From contig JBBRSB010000001.1 in assembly GCA_038245785.1 (NCBI GenBank), positions 320,001 through 384,000 of the forward strand: 64,000 nucleotides of DNA. The letters are read 5' to 3'. The position numbers were made by a program, and so were the translations under genes. Positions 18,456 through 29,350 of this stretch are shown here, in pieces. The notes below the pieces were generated by a model. The model was not told the DNA's origin. It ran no database searches and worked only from the letters and a program-made list of their open reading frames with translations. This DNA comes from Gloeobacterales cyanobacterium. Its GTDB lineage: Bacteria; Cyanobacteriota; Cyanobacteriia; Gloeobacterales; PMM-0068. The stretch's first letter is position 1. Every line of letters begins with the position of its first letter.

Positions 18456-19859
18456 CTACAAAAGCTTACGAACATCAGAGACTTGACCGGCAACAGCTGC
18501 AGCCACCACCATCGCTGGGCTCATCAGTAGCGTCCGCCCTGAAGAAGAGCCCTGACGACCTTTAAAATTGCGGTTAGAAGAAGAAGCACTGAGCTGGCTT
18601 CCCTGAAGCTTGTCGGGATTCATCGCAAGGCACATGGAACAGCCCGCTTCACGCCATTCAAAGCCTGCTTCCAAGAAGATCTTATCGAGGCCTTCAGCTT
18701 CTGCCTGTTTTTTGACCCGCTCAGAACCGGGGACCACAAAAGCTTTCACCCCTTCAGCCACATGGCGACCTTGGGCAAATTTGGCCGCTTCTCGAAGGTC
18801 TGTAATTCGGCCATTGGTGCAGCTACCGATGAAACAAACATCCACCTTGGTACCTTCAATCATGGCCCCAGGATGGAGATGCATATAGCTGTAAGCTTCT
18901 TCGGCAATCGGTCGGTCTTCTTCGAGGAGGGTATCTGCCAGCGGAACGACTTCATCCACGGCAATCCCCTGACCTGGTGTGATTCCCCAGGTAACCGTAG
19001 GCGCAATCTGGGTTGCATCGAAGACCACTATATCGTCATAGACGGCATCAGCATTGCTGCGAATACTATTCCACCACGCCACGGCCTTCTCCCACTCCGC
19101 TTCCTGAGGCACGAAATCTTTGCCGTTGAGATATTCATAGGTCACAGCATCTGGATTAATGTAACCACAGCGAGCGCCGCCCTCAATCGCCATGTTGCAT
19201 ACGGTCATCCGCTCTTCCATATTCATCTGTTCAAAAGTGGTGCCTGCAAATTCATAGGCAAAACCAACCCCTCCTTTGACGCCCAGGGTACGGATGATGT
19301 GCAAAATCACGTCCTTGGCATAGACCCCAGGACGCAGGGTGCCATTGACCTCTATCTTGCGGACCTTGAGCTTGGAAAGGGACAGCGTTTGCGAAGCGAG
19401 GACATCCCGGACCTGACTGGTCCCAATTCCAAAGGCAATCGCTCCAAAAGCGCCGTGGGTAGACGTATGACTATCTCCACAGGCGATGGTCATACCCGGT
19501 TGGGTGAGTCCCTGTTCTGGAGCGATGATATGAACGACGCCTTGATTCCCAGAACCAATGTTGTAGAAGGTAATGCTCTGTTCCTTGCAGTTATTTTCCA
19601 AAGCCTGCATCATCTCTTCAGCTAAGCTATCGGCAAAAGGGCGGGCTTGATTTTCCGTTGGCACAATATGGTCAACCGTAGCCACGGTGCGCTCAGGGAA
19701 AAGAACTTTTAGCCCTCGCTCCCGAAGCATGGCAAAAGCCTGGGGACTGGTCACTTCATGAATCAGATGGAGACCAATAAAAAGCTGCGTTTGACCAGAG
19801 GGTAGGGTTCCAACCGTATGCGCGTTCCAAACTTTGTCAAATAGCGTCCCGTTACTCAC
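18456..19859 (-). CDS. leuC: 3-isopropylmalate dehydratase large subunit
   Basis: [48 protein letters not shown]. Confidence 0.98.
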   Translation of the reverse strand: MSNGTLFDKVWNAHTVGTLPSGQTQLFIGLHLIHEVTSPQAFAMLRERGLKVLFPERTVATVDHIVPTENQARPFADSLAEEMMQALENNCKEQSITFYNIGSGNQGVVHIIAPEQGLTQPGMTIACGDSHTSTHGAFGAIAFGIGTSQVRDVLASQTLSLSKLKVRKIEVNGTLRPGVYAKDVILHIIRTLGVKGGVGFAYEFAGTTFEQMNMEERMTVCNMAIEGGARCGYINPDAVTYEYLNGKDFVPQEAEWEKAVAWWNSIRSNADAVYDDIVVFDATQIAPTVTWGITPGQGIAVDEVVPLADTLLEEDRPIAEEAYSYMHLHPGAMIEGTKVDVCFIGSCTNGRITDLREAAKFAQGRHVAEGVKAFVVPGSERVKKQAEAEGLDKIFLEAGFEWREAGCSMCLAMNPDKLQGSQLSASSSNRNFKGRQGSSSGRTLLMSPAMVVAAAVAGQVSDVRKLL

Positions 19860-19977
19860 AGGTTAGCCTCCAGGTCTTATCTTTAAGGATGAATGAGGTT
19901 CTTAATTCTAGCTCAAAGATGTACCCCACGAGCCAGCAGCTCATGGGGTTAGGATTAGCGAAAGACCTAAGTTCAAG

Positions 19978-20367
19978 TCAACTCAACAGACGGTCAAACC
20001 GTTCTTCTAAACGGTCATGGAAGTCTTCTCCAGGAAGGAGAAGCCAGAGGAAACATAGCACGAGCCAGCTAACAAGCCAGGGAACAATACTCATCGGCAA
20101 AAAGATGCTACTGACCAATCCAAAGAGAACGGAAATGGAGGCATTGACTAAAAGCCCAGATTTACTCACAAATCGTTCTACCCAGGTCGCAGGGAACAGG
20201 AAAGCTGTCAGCAATAAAACACCCCATGCAATTAGGATAGATAGAGCTGCTCTTCCGAGGTCGTTAGGAATGGGTAAAACGAAGAAAAGAGGTATGGTCA
20301 CAAGGAAAACAGATAGCGAAAGCAAACTAGAAGGCAACCTGACCGGGGAGGAAGGAATCTCTGCCAT
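19978..20367 (-). CDS. Hypothetical four-TM membrane protein
   Basis: Four hydrophobic stretches and a charged C-terminal tail. Confidence 0.6.
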   Translation of the reverse strand: MAEIPSSPVRLPSSLLSLSVFLVTIPLFFVLPIPNDLGRAALSILIAWGVLLLTAFLFPATWVERFVSKSGLLVNASISVLFGLVSSIFLPMSIVPWLVSWLVLCFLWLLLPGEDFHDRLEERFDRLLS

Positions 20368-20545
20368 GGGGGGCTCCGAAAAGCTATGAGTGTTGTGTGA
20401 ATAGCTATTTATATCGTAAGCAATCCTCCTGCTCTCAGCAAGAGTGTTTCTAACTAGTTTTCTCTCGCCTTTTTCCTGTTTACTGAAACCCTAAAAAATC
20501 TATAAAAAAGCATAAAAGCAGTCAAAATATTACCCACACGCTTTA

Positions 20546-21469
20546 GTGAACCCTCAATCGATGACAGATTCTTACCAAAGTCAGCAAACCCTCCCCTCTT
20601 CCTTCTCTGCTTGGTATCACCAAGCCAAGCAGGATTCTGTTCAATACCAAGTCAACTCCGAAGAATTAGATTGGCTTATTTTAGGTTATCTAGACCTGGA
20701 TAAGCTCTCTCTACGCTTGGGCCAAATTTCCTGCTCTGCTGAACAGTTGGAAACACTGAAAGTCCTGTGGCAGAGGCGACTTATAGAAAGAACTCCTATT
20801 CAATATCTCTTGGGTAAGGCTGCTTGGCGTTCTTTCTGGCTAGCCGTAACGCCAGCCGTACTCATTCCCCGACCGGAAACTGAACTTTTGGTAGACCTTA
20901 CCTTAGATTTTCTTCATGACCGCTCAGAGCCCCAGGTTCTGGACTTGGGAACAGGCAGTGGCGCGATTGCCTTGGGAATTGCCCATGAGTTGCCGATTGC
21001 TCAGTGCACCGCCATAGACCGCTCACCAGAAGCTTTGGCAGTCGCCCGTAGAAATGCTCAGGACCTGGGCTGTGCCGTGAATTTCCTAGAGGGAGATTGG
21101 TTTTCGCCCCTGAAGACTTCAGGCATCCCGAAGGCGCATTTCGATGCTGTTCTGTCTAACCCGCCCTATATTCCTAGCGCAACAGTGGCCTCTTTGGAGC
21201 TCGAAGTACGCCAACATGAACCTCAACTGGCCTTGGATGGAGGAGACGATGGACTGAACGCTATCAGAATCTTGGTTGAACAGGGATGGTTATGGCTCAA
21301 GCCTGGCGGTCTTTGGTTGGTAGAGTTGATGGTAGACCAAGCTCCGATGGTAATCGATTTGCTTATTGCCAACGGCCATTACACAGACATCCAGGTCCAT
21401 CGAGACCTCGAAGGGATTGAACGGTTTGTTTCAGCTAAGTGTCTCTCTGCCTCTCCATGTACGGTTTGA
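20546..21469 (+). CDS. prmC: Release factor glutamine methyltransferase
   Basis: VLIPRPETE, LDLGTGSGAIA, SNPPYI, HEPQLALDGG. Confidence 0.96.
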   Translation: MNPQSMTDSYQSQQTLPSSFSAWYHQAKQDSVQYQVNSEELDWLILGYLDLDKLSLRLGQISCSAEQLETLKVLWQRRLIERTPIQYLLGKAAWRSFWLAVTPAVLIPRPETELLVDLTLDFLHDRSEPQVLDLGTGSGAIALGIAHELPIAQCTAIDRSPEALAVARRNAQDLGCAVNFLEGDWFSPLKTSGIPKAHFDAVLSNPPYIPSATVASLELEVRQHEPQLALDGGDDGLNAIRILVEQGWLWLKPGGLWLVELMVDQAPMVIDLLIANGHYTDIQVHRDLEGIERFVSAKCLSASPCTV

Positions 21470-21481
21470 CCTGAAAGGTTT

Positions 21482-22213
21482 GTGACTATGGAATTTTCGC
21501 CCATCCCTGACCCCACGCGCCAAAAAGCCTTAGAGACCTTTGTTCGTCGTTTGAATCTCCGTGCTACAGACCCTATTGATTGGAGATTGCTGGATCAAGC
21601 GTTATTGCATCCTTCTTGGATAAACCGTAGTCAAAAGGCCGATGAGAACAATGACCGTTTGGAGTTTTTAGGTGATTCCGTAGTGCGTCTATTGGTCTCA
21701 GAGTTTCTATTTGAGACCCATGCTGAGCAAAGTTCAGGAGAACTGACCGCAGTACGGGCTGTCCTGGTGAGTGACCAAACTTTTAGTGACCTGGGAGAAC
21801 AGTATGGTCTAGACCAATTTCTAGTCATTGGCGCCTCGGCTGATGGCGGCGGACGCGCTTCCCGCCTGGCGGATTGTTTTGAAGCTGTTTTGGGGGCCCT
21901 CTATCTTAGTACCGGAGATTTTTCGCTCATTCGTCCCTGGTTGCTGCCCGTCGTTAAGAAAATGACCCAGGAAATCCTCAATGATCCCACCCGTGGGAAT
22001 TACAAAGCGGCGCTGCAAGAATTGACCCAAGCCAAAAATACAGAGTTACCGGAGTACCGACTGGTAGAACAATCGGATGAAGGAAAACCCGTGTTTATCT
22101 CTGAAGTCTGGTTTTGGGGTAAACGTTGGGGCCAAGGTGAAGGACCCTCTAAGAAGAAAGCAGAACAGGCTGCGGCAAAAGAAGCCTATCTAAGGATCTC
22201 TATGGAGACCTAG
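21482..22213 (+). CDS. rnc: Ribonuclease III
   Basis: RLEFLGDSV, ADCFEAVLGALYL, dsRBD NYKAALQE...SKKKAEQAAA. Confidence 0.96.
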   Translation: MTMEFSPIPDPTRQKALETFVRRLNLRATDPIDWRLLDQALLHPSWINRSQKADENNDRLEFLGDSVVRLLVSEFLFETHAEQSSGELTAVRAVLVSDQTFSDLGEQYGLDQFLVIGASADGGGRASRLADCFEAVLGALYLSTGDFSLIRPWLLPVVKKMTQEILNDPTRGNYKAALQELTQAKNTELPEYRLVEQSDEGKPVFISEVWFWGKRWGQGEGPSKKKAEQAAAKEAYLRISMET

Positions 22214-22230
22214 GGTTTTTCGGAGAGATG

Positions 22231-22258
22231 GTAAAGACGCGATATATCGCGTCTTTAC
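22231..22258. repeat. 28-bp perfect palindrome, GTAG-type REP-like
   Basis: GTAAAGACGCGATATATCGCGTCTTTAC between convergent genes. Confidence 0.85.
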
Positions 22259-22274
22259 AGGGATCTCTAGTCTC

Positions 22275-22562
22275 CTAACAATAAGGGGTTATATCCAGAC
22301 CACACTCATCAGCCAGATAACAAAGAGACTTAAAACGGAGGCTGGTTAACTGTTCATAAAGAGGATTTAGTTTGCAGAGTGGTGGAATGTATAAAAGAGT
22401 ATGGCCTAAGAGTTCTAGCCGACGTTCAAAGGGACAGTGACTAGGAATCAGTTTGCAAAGTAGCCATGCGGACCTAGGATTATGAATTTCAAGGGTTTCT
22501 AGCCACTGACGAATGAGATATAAGGGGTTAAGTTCAAGATCAAAATGGAGGAAGCCTTTCAT
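22275..22562 (-). CDS. Mo-dependent nitrogenase C-terminal domain-like cyanobacterial protein
   Basis: LCKLIPSHCPFER, IPPLCKLNPLYEQL..LRFKSLCYLADECG. Confidence 0.88.
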   Translation of the reverse strand: MKGFLHFDLELNPLYLIRQWLETLEIHNPRSAWLLCKLIPSHCPFERRLELLGHTLLYIPPLCKLNPLYEQLTSLRFKSLCYLADECGLDITPYC

Positions 22563-22773
22563 AGGTTTAATTACCTCACAACCGGGAAATTAAGCAGCGT
22601 TTCAGACTCGTAGCTTTTACTATCTATCTTTAATTCCATTATCTCTAGAACCTCGTCCTTTTCAGTGAGAAAAGGTTGTGAACTTTTAGAGAAAAGTATG
22701 AAAAAGTTATGTGCCCAAAAGTCTCTCAGGGCTTAGGAAAAATGCTTTCCCCCATTTTGATTAATAAGGGTCC

Positions 22774-23601
22774 CTAGGAAGGGAAAAAGCCCGTGCGGAT
22801 CTGTCGGCTAGTCTCTAACTGCGCCTGTAATCCCTCCCAGTTCTGTTCCTGGATCTGTTCTTCCAAATGGTCTAGTGCTGCCCTAAATTGCTTGAGACTT
22901 TCTAAGATCGCCGTGCGATTATGCTGAGCCATCGCTAGTCCTAAATCTGGATTTCCGCCCCCAACGCGGGTTGTATCTTGAAAACCTGGACCCGCCAGTT
23001 TTTGAGCCTTGTCTATATCGCTCACACTGAGCAGTAACGCTGCAGAAACCATTACAGGCAGATGGCTCACCTGAGCAACGAGTTGGTCATGAACTTCTGG
23101 AGAGAAGATGACTAGTTTACTGCCCAAACCTAAAGCGAGCTGATGAACAGTATCCAATGCTTGGGCATCGGTAGTAGTGATAGGCGTCAGGGCATAGGGG
23201 CGATGGTGAAATAATCCAGCCTCAGCCGCTTCAACTCCTTGGTTGGCCGTACCTGCCATCGGATGTCCACCGACAAATCGGGGCCATTGGGCCGTAGCTT
23301 CTTCAACAATCGGACCCTTTACAGAAGCTACATCCGTAATGATTGTCTGAGGGCTAAGCACTTTCTGCAGTTTTTCGAGGGTAGGGAGGACCAAGGGAAT
23401 CGGTGTACAGATGAACACAACCTCACAATTCTTGAGCAGAGCCAAGTCCTGACTGGCTTTGTCCACAACGCCCTTGACTAAGGCCCGTTCACAGGTGGAT
23501 TGCTGTCGGCTGACGCCTAAAACTCGGTGACCAGAAGAGCGAAAATCGAGCCCAAGGGAACCACCAATCAAACCTAAACCGACCAAACCAATGACTGCCA
23601 T
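22774..23601 (-). CDS. tyrA: Prephenate/arogenate dehydrogenase
   Basis: GLGLIGGSLG, DVASVK, GGHPMAG, HD..VA.VSHLP, DTTRVGGGNP. Confidence 0.94.
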   Translation of the reverse strand: MAVIGLVGLGLIGGSLGLDFRSSGHRVLGVSRQQSTCERALVKGVVDKASQDLALLKNCEVVFICTPIPLVLPTLEKLQKVLSPQTIITDVASVKGPIVEEATAQWPRFVGGHPMAGTANQGVEAAEAGLFHHRPYALTPITTTDAQALDTVHQLALGLGSKLVIFSPEVHDQLVAQVSHLPVMVSAALLLSVSDIDKAQKLAGPGFQDTTRVGGGNPDLGLAMAQHNRTAILESLKQFRAALDHLEEQIQEQNWEGLQAQLETSRQIRTGFFPS

Positions 23602-24674
23602 CAGGACGCCTCTAAAATCTGCCGAAACCAGGTATTAAATCGATGGGTCATTGCCTCTAAAGAGAATTCTTGTTCCGCTCTTTGGCGACACCGCTTTCGG
23701 TCAATTAAGTCTATACGTCCTAGTGCCCTAACCATTGCCTCAATATCATCCGCAGGAGTTACAAACCCTGTCACTCCATCCAGCGTGATTTCCTGAGGGC
23801 CTCCCCGGTCATAGGTGAGCACAGGTACCCCACAGGCCAGAGCTTCCACCGCCACATTGCCAAAAGCTTCTACCCATTTGGGCGTAACCAAAAGTGCCTG
23901 ACTCCCCCGCAAAATAGCCTGCATTTTGTGCGTGGTCAAAAAACCATGAAAGACAACTTCAGCCTGAGGATAAGCGGCTAAACATTGCTGATAATAGGAC
24001 TCATCCTGTAGGTACCCCATCAGGTCTAGAGGCTTATGCGTCTTAGCGGCTACGGCGAGGGCATCTTCCAATCCTTTTTCCGGCGTGATCCGTCCGACCC
24101 AGGCCAATCTGGGTTGCGGTTTTGAATTGAAATCATATTGGGAAAGGTCCATGCCACAGGGCAATACCACCAAATCTTGAGCAAAAGAGAAAGTCTGGGC
24201 CTGGGCTTGGCTATGAACCGCCACGGTACCGGGAAAATGAGTACTCACATAGGCCAAACGTTCATCCACTGCATCGCTTAGAGAACCCATGCTGACAATA
24301 TGCGCCACCGGGCGGCTAAAAAAACTGGTCAAATAGAACGGCAACCAGTCATATCCCCAGTTCACAATCAGGTCATAGTCCAACTCTAGAGCCTTTACCT
24401 GTTCCCAGAGATTGGTCAGGAGCGAAGGGTCCGTCAGGATGATCGGTTCTTGCCGTGTTTGGTTTTGTGCCAGTTCTGGCGGTGCTCCCAGCACCTCTAT
24501 ACACACCAGCCCTCGCTTGGCACAGGCGGGTTTGCTCCCTTCTGGAGCAATCAGCGTCACCACTTCTCCGGCTTGGACCAGGGCTTGAGCAAGATTCAGC
24601 AGATTTAGCTCTACCCCGCCCCCGATCCCACTACCCAAAGGACCGACCGGAGTGGAAACGAAAAGTAAGCGCAT
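23601..24674 (-). CDS. Glycosyltransferase family 4
   Basis: GRITPEKG, EAFGNVAVEALACGVPV. Confidence 0.92.
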   Translation of the reverse strand: MRLLFVSTPVGPLGSGIGGGVELNLLNLAQALVQAGEVVTLIAPEGSKPACAKRGLVCIEVLGAPPELAQNQTRQEPIILTDPSLLTNLWEQVKALELDYDLIVNWGYDWLPFYLTSFFSRPVAHIVSMGSLSDAVDERLAYVSTHFPGTVAVHSQAQAQTFSFAQDLVVLPCGMDLSQYDFNSKPQPRLAWVGRITPEKGLEDALAVAAKTHKPLDLMGYLQDESYYQQCLAAYPQAEVVFHGFLTTHKMQAILRGSQALLVTPKWVEAFGNVAVEALACGVPVLTYDRGGPQEITLDGVTGFVTPADDIEAMVRALGRIDLIDRKRCRQRAEQEFSLEAMTHRFNTWFRQILEAS

Positions 24675-25252
24675 TACTTGGAAAAACTAGAGACTGCCCA
24701 GAGTGCCAAAAACATTATCCCTGTGCCCACGGTTGGAAAAAGAGCGGCTGGAATGACGAAATTGGCAATGATAGAAGCGGTTAGCCATCCACCAAATACA
24801 AGGCCGAAACCACGTAAGAAGCGGTTATTTTTCTTGTACAGCAAGTAAAGGGCGGCCAGCAGAGCCAAAGGCATCGTGATATTGAAGGCAGAAAAGAAGC
24901 TAGCGGTCAAAATCCAAAGCCCTGCAAAAATAGCGGTGGGGAGTCCAAGCTCTCTCAGCGTAGGCTGTTCAACCCATTTCTCCCATCCTTTTGGAACTTT
25001 GGTGAGGTTTCTAGCGGGTTGGGCTGGAATCGCATTTTCTGCGTAGCGAATCCCTTCTGGAACCTTGATTTTCCCCTCTTTACGCATCCGGAAGCGCTGC
25101 ATGAGGATCATATCGTACGCTTCTTCGATAAGCTGGGTTTGGCGCTCATTGTCGCCATATTGCTCCAAAAGCCTGGTTTTGGCCCCTTGGATCTCCTCGA
25201 AAGGAGTATCTTCCGAGATGCCTAATAACTTGTAAGGGTCGGGCTCACTCAT
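24674..25252 (-). CDS. CPP1-like (DUF3353) J-like membrane protein
   Basis: DPYKLLGISEDTPFEEIQ...IEEAYDMILMQR..R.EGKIKVP..IRYAE followed by TM helices. Confidence 0.88.
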   Translation of the reverse strand: MSEPDPYKLLGISEDTPFEEIQGAKTRLLEQYGDNERQTQLIEEAYDMILMQRFRMRKEGKIKVPEGIRYAENAIPAQPARNLTKVPKGWEKWVEQPTLRELGLPTAIFAGLWILTASFFSAFNITMPLALLAALYLLYKKNNRFLRGFGLVFGGWLTASIIANFVIPAALFPTVGTGIMFLALWAVSSFSK

Positions 25253-25400
25253 AGCCGTATGCAGATGCCAAAAGTACTTCCAAACTATCTCAGTTATAGC
25301 CTTTCCTACAAGGGCATAAAGTTGAAGACCTTATAATTTGCTTCCGTTGACGTTTGCCAGAGAGAGCCGGAAGATAGAGTATCCAAGCTGCGTATAGTCT

Positions 25401-26432
25401 ATGGCCCTACCTAAAATTTCGCTGGGTAAGAATACACAGAATTTTTCCCGCAACGGAATTTTGCTGGTATTGGCCCTTTTGTTCCCTTTGCTTGCCCAGC
25501 TCTCATCACAGCCCTCCTACTTGGTGAATGTGGCCGTAACGGTCGGTATCTACATGGTGCTGTCTATGGGCCTCAACATTGTGGTGGGCATGGCAGGACT
25601 GCTCGATTTGGGCTACATCGCCTTCTTCGCCATCGGCGCCTATTCAATGGCTATCCTCAGCACTAATTTCGGTTGGTCTTTCTGGATGGTCCTGCCAGTT
25701 GCAGGTCTTCTGTCTGCTACCTTTGGCGTCCTCTTAGGAGCCCCGACCCTGCGCTTGCGGGGAGATTATTTGGCGATTGTCACTTTGGGATTTGGCGAAA
25801 TTATTCGGATTTCGCTCAATAATCTGGACTGGCTGACCAATGGCCCCCAGGGGATTGCCGGGGTACGGGCTCCTTCTGTCCCTTGGATCGGCAGTAAGGG
25901 CCTTACCCTGATTGACCTCTATCAACCGGCCCAGCTTTATTACTTAGCCTTGGCACTCGTCTGTGCTGTCTGGTGGACCACTTCTCGGATGAAGAATTCC
26001 CGGATTGGTCGGGCCTGGTTAGCTATTCGAGAAGATGAGATTGCCGCTCAAGCGATGGGCATTGACACCGTCCGCATGAAGCTTTTAGCCTTTGCCAGTG
26101 GTGCCACGCTGGCAGGGATTGTCGGCGTCCTCTTTGCCGCTCAGCTCACCTTCGTCTCTCCAGAAAGTTTTACGCTTTTTGAATCCGTTATTGTCCTCTC
26201 GATGGTGGTCGTCGGAGGGATGGGCTCTGTGATTGGAGCGGTGGCCGGAGCCTTTCTCCTGGTTGTTATTCCAGAAGTATTGCGTGGATTTTCTGAATAT
26301 CGAATGTTACTCTTTGGCGCTGCTATGGTTCTGGTGATGTTGGTCCGTCCCCAAGGGCTTTTTGGAGAAGAACGTCAAAAGGTATCTAAAACAACAACAT
26401 CCTTCTATGCACCCGCGCAAGAAGAAGAATAG
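25401..26432 (+). CDS. livM: Branched-chain amino acid ABC transporter permease
   Basis: GLNIVVGMAGLLDLGY, LRLRGDYLAIVTLGFGEI, SRIGRAWLAIREDE. Confidence 0.93.
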   Translation: MALPKISLGKNTQNFSRNGILLVLALLFPLLAQLSSQPSYLVNVAVTVGIYMVLSMGLNIVVGMAGLLDLGYIAFFAIGAYSMAILSTNFGWSFWMVLPVAGLLSATFGVLLGAPTLRLRGDYLAIVTLGFGEIIRISLNNLDWLTNGPQGIAGVRAPSVPWIGSKGLTLIDLYQPAQLYYLALALVCAVWWTTSRMKNSRIGRAWLAIREDEIAAQAMGIDTVRMKLLAFASGATLAGIVGVLFAAQLTFVSPESFTLFESVIVLSMVVVGGMGSVIGAVAGAFLLVVIPEVLRGFSEYRMLLFGAAMVLVMLVRPQGLFGEERQKVSKTTTSFYAPAQEEE

Positions 26433-27198
26433 TCTGGATAGCTCCTACGACCAGAGAACGGACACAAAGACCTCTCATTGGCAGCGTCAGCAGTTCCAGA
26501 AGGCCCTTGGGCACTATGCAACCCCTAGCATGCACTGGCTAGAGCTAGGGGCAGGAACAGGTACCGATGCGCTATGGCTAGCGCACCAAGAAATGGATAT
26601 AGAAATTACTTGCACAGAACCCAATCCCTGGATGTTTGACCAACTCCAGACCAAAACATCCCAGGTAAGGGCCATCCACACCCTTCCTCTAAAAGCAGAG
26701 CAGTTGGACGAGCTGGGAGAACAGGTTTTTGATGGCGCTTTTTCTAACTTTGCGGCCCTGAATTGTGTGGAAGACTTGGGCTCTGTCGCTCAAACCTTGG
26801 CAGCCCATCTCAGAACCAAGGCTCCAGTGGTTCTCTGTTTATTTAACCGAAACTGTGGATGGGAGCTAGCCTTAGGACTGCTTCAGGGAATTGCTCAGCG
26901 CAATTCTGAGCGTTTGTGGCGTCGGCAGGTGCACGAACGGTTGGTGGAGATGCAACCGGGTATAGAAGTATCAACCTTCTATCATCAGCCCCGAGAAATC
27001 ATGAAAGCGTTTGAGCCTTGGTTCACGCTTGAATCTCGAATCGGTATGGGAGTTGCTGTTCCTCCTGCAGGCTGGACTTTGGCAGACCGAGCCCCCCAGA
27101 TCTTTGAAGCTCTACATTATCTGGATATGGCTTGGGGTAAAGGATTTGGCTTCCGTTCCTTGGGAGACCACCAAATATGGTGTTTTACAAGAAGATGA
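26407..27198 (+). CDS. Class I SAM-dependent methyltransferase
   Basis: LELGAGTGTDA, FDGAFSNFAALNCV; start uncertain, overlaps the livM end. Confidence 0.85.
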   Translation: MHPRKKKNSLDSSYDQRTDTKTSHWQRQQFQKALGHYATPSMHWLELGAGTGTDALWLAHQEMDIEITCTEPNPWMFDQLQTKTSQVRAIHTLPLKAEQLDELGEQVFDGAFSNFAALNCVEDLGSVAQTLAAHLRTKAPVVLCLFNRNCGWELALGLLQGIAQRNSERLWRRQVHERLVEMQPGIEVSTFYHQPREIMKAFEPWFTLESRIGMGVAVPPAGWTLADRAPQIFEALHYLDMAWGKGFGFRSLGDHQIWCFTRR

Positions 27199-27303
27199 AC
27201 ACCAATTATCCTGAGTTGCAGCGAATCACATACACGCCGAACTTGCTTTAACAAAAAATCAACCTTATAGGCTTAGTAGCCAACTGTAGGAGATTGCTAA
27301 GAT

Positions 27304-28419
27304 ATGACTCCTGGTCAACCAACCCCGAAGTCTAGAAGAAACGTTACACAGCTTCGCGGGCGCACCCTACAGCAAACCCCGATGAATAATCCCCTAAGAC
27401 CCCGCAAGCGCAACTTCAGAGGCAGAATCTTCCTAGGCGCTTTGCTCTGCGCAGGGGCTCTAGGACTTGCAACCACCTTGGGCGCCAACTGGTTTAATTG
27501 GCCTAGCAGCTTTCCGACCAATGTGGCTGCGATGGGCAGCAATGAGAACTATGGACCTCCCTTGCCCAAAGCTTGGCCTTTGCCCTTCAATATGACCCGT
27601 CTGACTGCATCGCTCCAACAAGACCTGGTCAATCTATCCAAACTACCCAAGCTGGAAACGGGTATTTTCTTTGTCGACTTGGATAGTGGAGACTATTTGA
27701 CCCTGCACGAAGATGAGGCATTCTCCGCCGCCAGTACGATCAAACTGCCGGTACTTATGGCTTTATTCGCTCAGATAGATAAAGGCACGATTCGGTTAGA
27801 TGAACCGCTTGTCCTCTCAGCGGCTACAAAAGGTGATGGCTCTGGTTATCTCCAGTACAAACCTGTTGGCACCCAACTCACCGTTTATGAAACCGCAGAT
27901 TTAATGATTGTTGATAGCGACAATAGTGCCACCAACATGTTGATTGAACGTCTAGGCGGCAAGGAAGTTTTGAATGAACAATTTCGAGCTTGGAATCTCC
28001 GCCAAACTGAAATCAAGGAACCTCTGCCTGACCTAACGGGCCAGAATACGACTTCTCCGAGGGACCTTTCTCTACTGATGGGGCGTTTGGAAAAGGGACT
28101 TGTGCTTTCGCCTCGTTCTCGTGACCGCGCTTTGGAAATCCTCTATCGCACCAAGACCCGCACCTTATTACCTTCGGGCCTGGGTTCTGGAAGCCGTATT
28201 GCCCATAAGACCGGAGATATTAAATCTTCTCTGGGCAACACCGGGATCATTGATCTCGTGAATGGCAAGCGCTACATTCTCACAGTCCTTGTAAAGCGCC
28301 CTCCCAATGACCGTCGAGCCAATCAGCTGATTCGGGATATTTCGCAACGTATTTATCTAAATCGCATGGGGTTGCCGTTTACAGCCAACACGCCAAAAGC
28401 GGTGGAGAAGAGGACCTAA
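27304..28419 (+). CDS. Class A beta-lactamase-like serine hydrolase (cyanobacterial PBP-A type)
   Basis: SAASTIK (SxxK), SDN and HKTG motifs; N-terminal TM. Confidence 0.9.
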   Translation: MTPGQPTPKSRRNVTQLRGRTLQQTPMNNPLRPRKRNFRGRIFLGALLCAGALGLATTLGANWFNWPSSFPTNVAAMGSNENYGPPLPKAWPLPFNMTRLTASLQQDLVNLSKLPKLETGIFFVDLDSGDYLTLHEDEAFSAASTIKLPVLMALFAQIDKGTIRLDEPLVLSAATKGDGSGYLQYKPVGTQLTVYETADLMIVDSDNSATNMLIERLGGKEVLNEQFRAWNLRQTEIKEPLPDLTGQNTTSPRDLSLLMGRLEKGLVLSPRSRDRALEILYRTKTRTLLPSGLGSGSRIAHKTGDIKSSLGNTGIIDLVNGKRYILTVLVKRPPNDRRANQLIRDISQRIYLNRMGLPFTANTPKAVEKRT

Positions 28420-28538
28420 TCGCTATAGCTTCATAAAACTTACTGCTCTGTGAACTTTTAGGGTGTCCACTCAACATTTTGTCTTCTATAGTATTAAGGA
28501 ATGTTAAGATACTAAGATATAGCAGGGTAGTGTTTGCG

Positions 28539-29231
28539 ATGAATACTAATTTAGAACCAAGAATTTATAGTGAAGACCCTCGGGAACGTATGGCAGCCGT
28601 AGTTTCTCTTCGTGCTTTAGGCTCGGATGAAGCAACGCCTTTATTACTTGAAGCCACCAGAGACCCCCTGCCGATGGTGCGAATCTTCGCAACCATTGGT
28701 TTGGGAAAGAAAAAAGGGGAAGGAGCCTACGAACGGCTGGTTGATTTACTCAATAATGACCCTGAAGTTTCTGTCCGGGCTGAGGCCGCAGGAGCCTTAG
28801 GCGATCTGGGCGACAAGCGGGCTACGGAGCACTTAGTCCATGCTTACCATGAAGACGTGGATTGGATTGTGCGCTACAGCGTGATTGTCTCTCTCGGTCT
28901 TCTTCAAGATATCCGTGGCTATGACGTAATTCGCAATGGACTCAAAGCCAAAGAAAATCTCTTGCAAGAGGCTGCAGTTGGAGCTTTGGGCAATTTAGGG
29001 GATGAGCAGGCACAAGAGGTCCTGTTTTCTCTGCTGCCTGATGCCGAAGGAGAAATGCGCTACAAAATTGCTAGAGCTTTAGGACATTTGCTCAATGACC
29101 CCAAAACGGGAGATATGCCCAAGTGCCGCTCTGCTCTGGAATTTCTCAAGAAAGATGCCGATGAGAAAGTCGCACAAGTTGCTGCCTATCATCTGAATGA
29201 GTTCTCAAAGGAATTTAAGGCAGAGGCTTGA
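28539..29231 (+). CDS. PBS-lyase HEAT-repeat protein (NblB-like)
   Basis: HEAT repeats VRAEAAGALGDLGD, EDVDWIVRYS. Confidence 0.8.
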   Translation: MNTNLEPRIYSEDPRERMAAVVSLRALGSDEATPLLLEATRDPLPMVRIFATIGLGKKKGEGAYERLVDLLNNDPEVSVRAEAAGALGDLGDKRATEHLVHAYHEDVDWIVRYSVIVSLGLLQDIRGYDVIRNGLKAKENLLQEAAVGALGNLGDEQAQEVLFSLLPDAEGEMRYKIARALGHLLNDPKTGDMPKCRSALEFLKKDADEKVAQVAAYHLNEFSKEFKAEA

Positions 29232-29350
29232 GCTCTCCTTCAATGCCTACCGCCTAAATAAGTTAAATTTACTTACCCTGTATGGGTTCCAACATTTTGC
29301 CTGAAGGTTTATGATTGGTTCCTATTCTGAATATCCCGAAAATATTTCAC

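Noticed and set aside
18762..19625. 287-aa ORF antisense to leuC, and similar shadow ORFs over lpx, cys, mrdA and pheS
   Set aside because: They fully overlap well-supported genes on the other strand or frame and carry no motifs.
19889..20389. Plus-strand 166-aa basic ORF
   Set aside because: It is the antisense mirror of the hydrophobic membrane protein at 19978..20367.
22275..22562. Evidence for nitrogen fixation
   Set aside because: This domain is widespread in non-diazotrophic cyanobacteria, and no nif genes are present in the window.
27304..28419. Antibiotic-resistance beta-lactamase
   Set aside because: It fits the membrane-anchored cyanobacterial PBP-A-like family; there is no evidence of hydrolytic resistance function.
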